Shown here in pieces: positions 58,056 to 64,000 of a stretch of 64,000 bases of DNA (the first letter of the stretch is position 1; every line of letters starts with the position of its first letter). A program made the translations under genes and the position numbers. Under the pieces are notes generated by a model. The model was not told where the DNA came from. It was given only the letters and a program-made list of their open reading frames with translations, and made no database searches. This stretch comes from a virus, in the IMG/VR virus record IMGVR_UViG_3300023174_000056, positions 64,001 to 128,000 of that record, one strand, 5' to 3'.

Positions 58056-59483
58056 TTACTGGACCTTAAATTTAAAAGTATTTTTTATTTCATTCAATTG
58101 CGACCCATCGTAAGTTGCAAGTCGTATACCATATGTATAGCCAGGTTCTAAAAACGTTAAATCTAAATCAAAATAATTTCCGTTGGAATCATAAGATGTT
58201 TTAGAGAAAGCGATAGAACCAGTTGAATAATCTATTATAGTATAATTATCGCTTAATCTTAAAATTTTATAGTATAAATTATTTGAAATTGTGTTTTCTA
58301 CAAGATTTGTAGCATTTGTATAAATTGTTGGTTTCCAATCACGATCTCTTATAAAAATTTTAAATCTTGCGTTTTCAGATCCAGTGTAATTTACTTTTAA
58401 ATTTACTATATTTACAACATACTCTGGCGTGCTATCATAATCATAACCATTTGGTTGATTAATATCAAAAGCGCTTGAAAAATATCTTCCAAGAGATGAG
58501 CTATTAATCCATACGTCGTATCCAACGCTCGCTGTTGTGTCCAATGAAACCCTAGCTTTATAAATACCTTCGCTTGGGTTAGAAATCGACAAATAAGAAG
58601 GAGCAATTTCGTTCAACAGAGTTGAATCGCTGTAAAATTTAACATTTAGCTGCGGATCTCCAGCGATGTTTTTTAAGACTCCTCTTGGTTTATTAAAATA
58701 ATATAAGTTCATTATATTATCTTCTGTATCGAAAGCACTGCTAGAAGCAAAGAAATTAGTCCTATCATCAGTTACAACTGCTGCCCATCGTGCTTCAATG
58801 GATGGTCTTTTATAGAAAAACTCACTACCTCTAGCAGAGAATTTTTTTGTATAAAAGCTTCTACCCTCTGTGCCGTCTTCAAAAGAACCAGAAAGTTTTA
58901 CTAAAACACCATTATTTGGAATTGTTGAAGTTATCCAATCTTCTACTAAATTTGTTATATCTAAATCAATATCTTCTAAACCGCTTGAGAATGTTTGAGT
59001 AAAATCATAGCCAGAGCCAGTAATATATGAAGATCCTGTGCCGCTCCAGACCGTTCCACTTTGTGCGTATTCCCAAGTACAGCCAGAACCTTTTAATACA
59101 GGGTGCCAACCAATATCGGAATATGTCTCCATGTCTAAGCCATAGCCTTCATCCCAAGACTGGCTAACAGGATTGATAGAAACACTAAAATCTCTTGGTA
59201 CGCTAAACGGATGTTCAACGTTATATAATTTCAAAAAAAATTTAACGCTCCCAGAGGCCGGAATTTTTGAAGATGTTCTATCTTCTATAATTTGCTCTAT
59301 TGGAAATTGAACTAAAATTCTGCTTTTTTCAACTGAATTATCCGTCGCCTGAGCAAATATAGAAAATATCTCTAACGAGTCGGAAGCTCCCATATTTGCA
59401 TTTACGGCCCTAGTAATTAGATCTGGCTTGAATGCGTCCGTAATTGTTGTATCTTTGCTCGCTACATATTTTTTTATTGGCAT
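58056..59483 (-). CDS. Virion protein with a DNRLRE/CBM96-like N-terminal domain
   Basis: ASKDTTI, N.GASDSLEI, SRILVQF, DITNLVEDW, NNGVLVK, P.IEARW. Confidence 0.6.
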   Translation of the reverse strand: MPIKKYVASKDTTITDAFKPDLITRAVNANMGASDSLEIFSIFAQATDNSVEKSRILVQFPIEQIIEDRTSSKIPASGSVKFFLKLYNVEHPFSVPRDFSVSINPVSQSWDEGYGLDMETYSDIGWHPVLKGSGCTWEYAQSGTVWSGTGSSYITGSGYDFTQTFSSGLEDIDLDITNLVEDWITSTIPNNGVLVKLSGSFEDGTEGRSFYTKKFSARGSEFFYKRPSIEARWAAVVTDDRTNFFASSSAFDTEDNIMNLYYFNKPRGVLKNIAGDPQLNVKFYSDSTLLNEIAPSYLSISNPSEGIYKARVSLDTTASVGYDVWINSSSLGRYFSSAFDINQPNGYDYDSTPEYVVNIVNLKVNYTGSENARFKIFIRDRDWKPTIYTNATNLVENTISNNLYYKILRLSDNYTIIDYSTGSIAFSKTSYDSNGNYFDLDLTFLEPGYTYGIRLATYDGSQLNEIKNTFKFKVQ

Positions 59484-61285
59484 TATACTATTGTTCCATG
59501 AATGTCAACATCTGGATATTTTACTTCCCAGATAACGTTTGAAGGCATATTTATAATATTATCGTACAATGAGCTATTTGTGCTACTGTTTATATTTAAA
59601 TTGGTTCTAGCATAGTTTGAGCCATTTTTTGTCTTTATTGTAACTTCTCTTACGTCTAGAACGCTATCTACCCTTTTTAAAACAGCTAAAACGTCATTTA
59701 TCATAAATGGTTCACCAATTTCTGGTATTCTAGAGAAATACTTTTTTAAGGCTGTTAGAGCATCGTCTAGAACATCAGATTTTTGTTTTCCTGAAACTCC
59801 AATTGCAGTAAAATCTATTGATAAATTAACTATTTTTGCATCAATCATATCGATTGTATCTGATAAAACTCTATTTTTATCTATCCAAGTTTTTAAATTT
59901 TTCTTAATATTAACTGAAGACTTTATTAAATGTCCCTCATTGTCCTCAGATATTATATAAAGATTTAAGTTTCTTTTAAAAGAGTCTTGATCTTTTATTA
60001 ATCTGACTCTTTTAACTGATCCAAATTTTCCTGGCATTGAATATGCTAATGCTTCGTAATCTTTTTCAGTTACTGCTCTGTTTTGAGCCGCAAAATTATC
60101 GCCTATTCTTATTTTTAATTCATTTGAGTCTGGGATTTTAATATATCCAACAACTGGGTCTTCATTTTCTACTACAAAGCTGCTTCTTACATCATCAACG
60201 TCAAGTGCATTTAATGTTTGCTCATCTGTAAATTCAACAACTAATCTTGTTATAGAATTTATAGCTCCAACGGCGGCATTCACGTTTTCCGTAGTATTGA
60301 CTCTATATGTTATTGTAATATCGGTGTTTGAAGGAGCTATTCCAAATTTATCGCTATTTATCAATTTTTTTGGATCAAAGGAAGTGTCAGTAACGTATCT
60401 TTTTCCATACATCTTCATTACAAATTTGTTTGGATCTTCTAACATATTATCATTTTCTACATCAATTAAATTAGCAGCGCCAAAAGTAAGATAAGTGGAC
60501 TCATTATCTTTTTGGACAACATATCTTCTTGGAATAGCAAATGGAACTAAAATATTTGGCGCAGAAGCCGCATCTTCTGAATTATTTGGTATTTCTCTAT
60601 AGCTGATATTTTGGGATAAAAAGTCAGCTTCGTAATATTCATTTCCTTCTGCATCTACGACAGAAACAATATCTGTCACATTTGGTTCATTAATCTGTAC
60701 TTTTAGAAATCTTTTAAAAGAACCTATTGTGCTTACTTGATTTTTGTATATACCAGAAACTACCGTTCCAAATCCTTTTATAGCATAATACGTAGGAGAA
60801 CCTGTATCTGGATCTGTTTTTGCAACTCTTACTGTAAAGTTTGAATTTGACATGTTCACATTTTCAATTAATGAAAATGTGTTAGGTCCAGCTGCAAATG
60901 TAGTACCTTTTTTTATAATAGGCGCATAAGAAAGATTTGGCCCCAAACCATCAACTTTAGCAGGCACTAAACAATAAATTGAAACAGTGCCGTAAGAAGA
61001 AGGAAATGGATCATATCTATAGCCTAATTTATAGCCATGTTTTAATACGTTGTTAAACTCTATAGATGTCTTTAAATGGCTTTCATTAGCGCTGTAATCC
61101 ACATAAAAAGACAAAACATCGCCAACATACGCAACAGTATCAAGCATTAAAGCGCCAAAGCTTGCCTCATTAAAGTCTTTAAAAGTATCAGGATAATACT
61201 TTTTTGCATATTCGACCAACTCAGTTTTTATTGAATTAAAGTCTCTGGCTGTATATTTTATTGGTACTAATTTTTTACTATTCAT
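59483..61285 (-). CDS. Baseplate wedge subunit (gp6-like)
   Basis: YTARDFNSIK, DFNEASFG...LD..AYVGD.LSFY.D, AQNRAVTEKDY; likely start MNSKK. Confidence 0.92.
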   Translation of the reverse strand: MNSKKLVPIKYTARDFNSIKTELVEYAKKYYPDTFKDFNEASFGALMLDTVAYVGDVLSFYVDYSANESHLKTSIEFNNVLKHGYKLGYRYDPFPSSYGTVSIYCLVPAKVDGLGPNLSYAPIIKKGTTFAAGPNTFSLIENVNMSNSNFTVRVAKTDPDTGSPTYYAIKGFGTVVSGIYKNQVSTIGSFKRFLKVQINEPNVTDIVSVVDAEGNEYYEADFLSQNISYREIPNNSEDAASAPNILVPFAIPRRYVVQKDNESTYLTFGAANLIDVENDNMLEDPNKFVMKMYGKRYVTDTSFDPKKLINSDKFGIAPSNTDITITYRVNTTENVNAAVGAINSITRLVVEFTDEQTLNALDVDDVRSSFVVENEDPVVGYIKIPDSNELKIRIGDNFAAQNRAVTEKDYEALAYSMPGKFGSVKRVRLIKDQDSFKRNLNLYIISEDNEGHLIKSSVNIKKNLKTWIDKNRVLSDTIDMIDAKIVNLSIDFTAIGVSGKQKSDVLDDALTALKKYFSRIPEIGEPFMINDVLAVLKRVDSVLDVREVTIKTKNGSNYARTNLNINSSTNSSLYDNIINMPSNVIWEVKYPDVDIHGTIV

Positions 61286-61304
61286 GGTTTTGTTCTCTAA
61301 CAAA

Positions 61305-61312
61305 TAAGTAGT
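61305..61312 (-). promoter_or_regulatory. ACTACTTA motif, putative late promoter
   Basis: Between gp25 and gp6. Confidence 0.6.
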
Positions 61313-61690
61313 CTATCTAGTAAGATTTTCAAGCGATAAATAATCCGTAACAGAAAGAGAAGGAACAGAATAAGAAATTGTTATACTAATACTATTATAA
61401 TCATCTTTTCTTAATATTTTTATAGAGTTAACGCTTAAAAACGACATATATTTTGATATTTGGTTTCCAATTCTGGAAATAATGTCGGCGTCTACTGCCT
61501 CTGACATATTCTCAAATAGAAATCTTTTAATACCTACGCCAAAATTTGCGTCATAAACTCTTTCACCTGGGTTTGTCAAAACTAAATTTTTTAAATTTTG
61601 TTTTATCGTATCTTTAATGTTTTTGTTTAATGTATGACCTATATCATTTCTATCTAATGATAACGGTAGTCTTGGTGAAATACCTGCCAT
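61313..61690 (-). CDS. Baseplate wedge / sheath initiator (gp25-like)
   Basis: IKQNLKNLVLTNPGERV.D.NFGVGI..FLFE. Confidence 0.93.
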   Translation of the reverse strand: MAGISPRLPLSLDRNDIGHTLNKNIKDTIKQNLKNLVLTNPGERVYDANFGVGIKRFLFENMSEAVDADIISRIGNQISKYMSFLSVNSIKILRKDDYNSISITISYSVPSLSVTDYLSLENLTR

Positions 61691-61699
61691 TTTTATCTC

Positions 61700-64000
61700 C
61701 TAACAAACATCATCATCGTTTGTTGTACTATCAGTTTCCATACCAAAATCATCTTCTGCCAATGAAATTGCAAAAGCCGCTTGTCCTTGTGGTGTGATAG
61801 GAGGAAGTAGAGCTGCTGACAATCCTAAACTTGGTATATACATAGGAAGGTTTTTAACGGAGATTTGTACTCCAGCAGCTTCTGCTTGCGCTACTCCAAG
61901 GCCGTAAGCCGTTGATACGGCAGAAGCAATAGAGATGTTTGGATCAGTTATTTGAGCAAAACTCCTAACAATTGTTTTTGGTAATGCAGCAAGCACTTTT
62001 AATTTAGATATACTTGCCGTAACTCCATTATCTTCTATTTTTTTCGTATAATCACTGGCTAGATCTATAATATCTATTATAGACTTAATTTCTTGTTTAG
62101 AAGCATCAAAAGAGGAATTTAAAACGTCAAGGCTGTTTAATGACAATAGCATTGTTGAACAATATCCAGAAAACATTTCGTCAAATGGATAATATAATTT
62201 AAAGTAGGTATAGAATAAATCTTTAAATGTAAGATCTTTTTTATAAGACTCATTAGATGTTATAGCGAATGTATATAAACTTTCAATATCGCTAGTAAAA
62301 AAGTCTGTATATTTTTTGGTTTCTTTTGCAACCATTGAAAAATATGAACGTCCATTGTTAGTAATAATGCAAAATGGAGGGTTTGTTGCAGCCAGTTTAT
62401 CTAAATCTACATCTACTTTTTCTATTAATTGCTGTTTTTCTTTAATACGATCAGAAAAAGTTTTTATCTGAGTAACGACTTCTAACCCTTCTTTAGTTAC
62501 AAGTGATAAATTGTCGTCATTATCACTCTCAATTAAAAGATCATTTATCCTATCGTAGCTGGGCTTTAACGAGTACTCATTATTTTCATAAAATTTATCA
62601 ACATTAGAAAAATAATTACTATTACTATCTCCATATTCTTTCAATAAATTAATAATATAATTTAAGATGTTTTTTAGGTCTTCTTCGGTCATGCTATCGG
62701 AGGAGACAAGAGCCGCTAAAAATATTCTTACTTGATCTAGCGACCATCCCGGTGGCTTTATTTTATTATCATACTCTTTTAATAAAATTTCTAATGACGG
62801 TTTTGATATCAAGAAATCAAATATATTTTTTATTCTAGCCATAATGTCATTATTAGTTATTAAAGAAATTTCTTTATTTAAAGAATTTTTTACGTTTGAA
62901 ATGCTTGCTGGATCTGGTATTAATGTGATATTATCATATGCATAATCTACAAATGATTTATAATTCTTCTCTTGTATTATTTCTTCCGATTTAGTTATTT
63001 TTACTATATTTTTATTTTTTTCATTTTTATAAATTTCGTGAATTTGAGTGCTGACCGACGAGAAATCTTTCTTAAAATGCATTTTAAACGCATTTAAAAT
63101 ATCTGCTTTTGAATTTAATAAGTCTTCTATTTTTATATCTTTTAGATTTTGTTCTCTCTTATACTTCTCCATCATTATTTTATTAATTTTAGATGCATAA
63201 GAGGAGCCAAAAAGTCTCTTTATGTCTTTCATTATAAAATCATAGCAAATCACATAAAAAACTTCTGAGTCTAGTAGCGATAAGTAATTGCCGAATGGTA
63301 GCAATTTTAAATTAAAATCAATAGAATAAATTCTAAAAAATAATGCCAATCCTGCTTCATAATTTGCTGTATCCGCAGCAGATGGAACCTTCTTTTTACC
63401 ATCTAGTGACATTATAGGAGGTAAACAAGCTGATTTAGCAGCGGCCTTTTGAACACTATTTTTTATTTCATCTAGATTAATCAGTCTTTTATCTTTAACA
63501 CCACACTTTTTTTCTTTTTTAGTTAGCAGCGGATTGAGATCTAGTGATAAAGCTTTTTGTATATTTGGTGTTTGTAAATTTCCATTTTTATCTGTTTTAT
63601 ATTCAAAAAGAAAATTATTAAAAAATTGCTTTTGAAATAAGTAATTTACAATCTTTTTGTCGTAAGCATCCTGCTTTGACTGGATTTCTGTATTTATGCC
63701 GCCAATTAAAGAAAGTAAATTTTGATTAGCTTGTACCGAATAAGAACTAGTAGAAAAATTATAATTATTTGAAAGACTTTTATTTAAGTTTATTATTCTA
63801 TTTTCCTGATCGGATATTGTGCTAATTCTTGTTGCATTTAAGCTGTTATACGAAAGATCAAGACCAGTACCGCTTATTGAAGAAGTTGAAGCATTTATGC
63901 GTATTTTTGTATTTATATTAATATTGTTAGTTTCAACCAATAATTTTGAAAATTGGCTATCTGGGTCTTCGTTAATTAATTTTGCATTTTCTTCTGTTGC
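61700..64000 (-). CDS. Large hypothetical protein, 5' partial
   Basis: Frame is open beyond 63940 to the window end. Helical, with C-terminal ITDPNI.IA and PPITP. Precedes gp25. Confidence 0.65.
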   Translation of the reverse strand, partial: ATEENAKLINEDPDSQFSKLLVETNNININTKIRINASTSSISGTGLDLSYNSLNATRISTISDQENRIINLNKSLSNNYNFSTSSYSVQANQNLLSLIGGINTEIQSKQDAYDKKIVNYLFQKQFFNNFLFEYKTDKNGNLQTPNIQKALSLDLNPLLTKKEKKCGVKDKRLINLDEIKNSVQKAAAKSACLPPIMSLDGKKKVPSAADTANYEAGLALFFRIYSIDFNLKLLPFGNYLSLLDSEVFYVICYDFIMKDIKRLFGSSYASKINKIMMEKYKREQNLKDIKIEDLLNSKADILNAFKMHFKKDFSSVSTQIHEIYKNEKNKNIVKITKSEEIIQEKNYKSFVDYAYDNITLIPDPASISNVKNSLNKEISLITNNDIMARIKNIFDFLISKPSLEILLKEYDNKIKPPGWSLDQVRIFLAALVSSDSMTEEDLKNILNYIINLLKEYGDSNSNYFSNVDKFYENNEYSLKPSYDRINDLLIESDNDDNLSLVTKEGLEVVTQIKTFSDRIKEKQQLIEKVDVDLDKLAATNPPFCIITNNGRSYFSMVAKETKKYTDFFTSDIESLYTFAITSNESYKKDLTFKDLFYTYFKLYYPFDEMFSGYCSTMLLSLNSLDVLNSSFDASKQEIKSIIDIIDLASDYTKKIEDNGVTASISKLKVLAALPKTIVRSFAQITDPNISIASAVSTAYGLGVAQAEAAGVQISVKNLPMYIPSLGLSAALLPPITPQGQAAFAISLAEDDFGMETDSTTNDDDVC

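Noticed and set aside
13783-58606. Short alternative-frame minus-strand ORFs (13783, 17863, 25332, 29106, 50274, 58412)
   Set aside because: They lie within or largely overlap well-supported genes and have no independent signals.
26-60494. All plus-strand ORFs in the track
   Set aside because: They are antisense shadows of long minus-strand genes, with no RBS or recognisable motifs.
1-64000. Stop-codon reassignment, as seen in some large phages
   Set aside because: Genes are intact and densely packed under the standard code, and TAA, TAG and TGA all end genes.
1-64000. CRISPR array, tRNA, intron/intein, IS or DGR
   Set aside because: I saw no spaced direct repeats, cloverleafs, interrupted core genes, transposase or reverse transcriptase by eye. 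Short or degenerate elements could have been missed.

Overview
This is an AT-rich 64 kb segment of a large T4-like (contractile-tailed) phage genome. Essentially all real genes are on the minus strand and use the standard code. It holds the virion morphogenesis region: baseplate (gp25, gp6, a 3696-aa gp7-like wedge with LamG and two beta-propellers), fibre/spike-like proteins, tail terminator, TerL, portal, prohead protease, scaffold, major capsid, neck, sheath, tube, gp26/gp51-like chaperones and a partial tape measure. An embedded block carries RuvC, primase, a fused Mre11-Rad50 (gp47-gp46) and a putative lysis cassette. No tRNA, rRNA, CRISPR or mobile element was seen. The main observations are: (1) a [ST]-[GAS]-S tripeptide is strongly enriched in exterior virion proteins and nearly absent from enzymes, scaffold and tail tube, a candidate virion-wide glycosylation sequon; (2) an unannotated 25-aa RRCC peptide has its own promoter and a perfect SD, and its stop codon lies inside a 14-bp hairpin ahead of the prohead protease; (3) a divergent ribosomal protein bS21 sits in the head operon; (4) a U7 +1/-2 frameshift site can join the gp26- and gp51-like ORFs; (5) a recurring ACTANTTA upstream motif resembles a reversed T4 late promoter; (6) four proteins share an MK..K..L..IIKEE leader, a candidate capsid-targeting signal; (7) a sigma70 promoter is embedded in a terminator. 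All calls come from motif recognition and synteny by eye; no searches were run.
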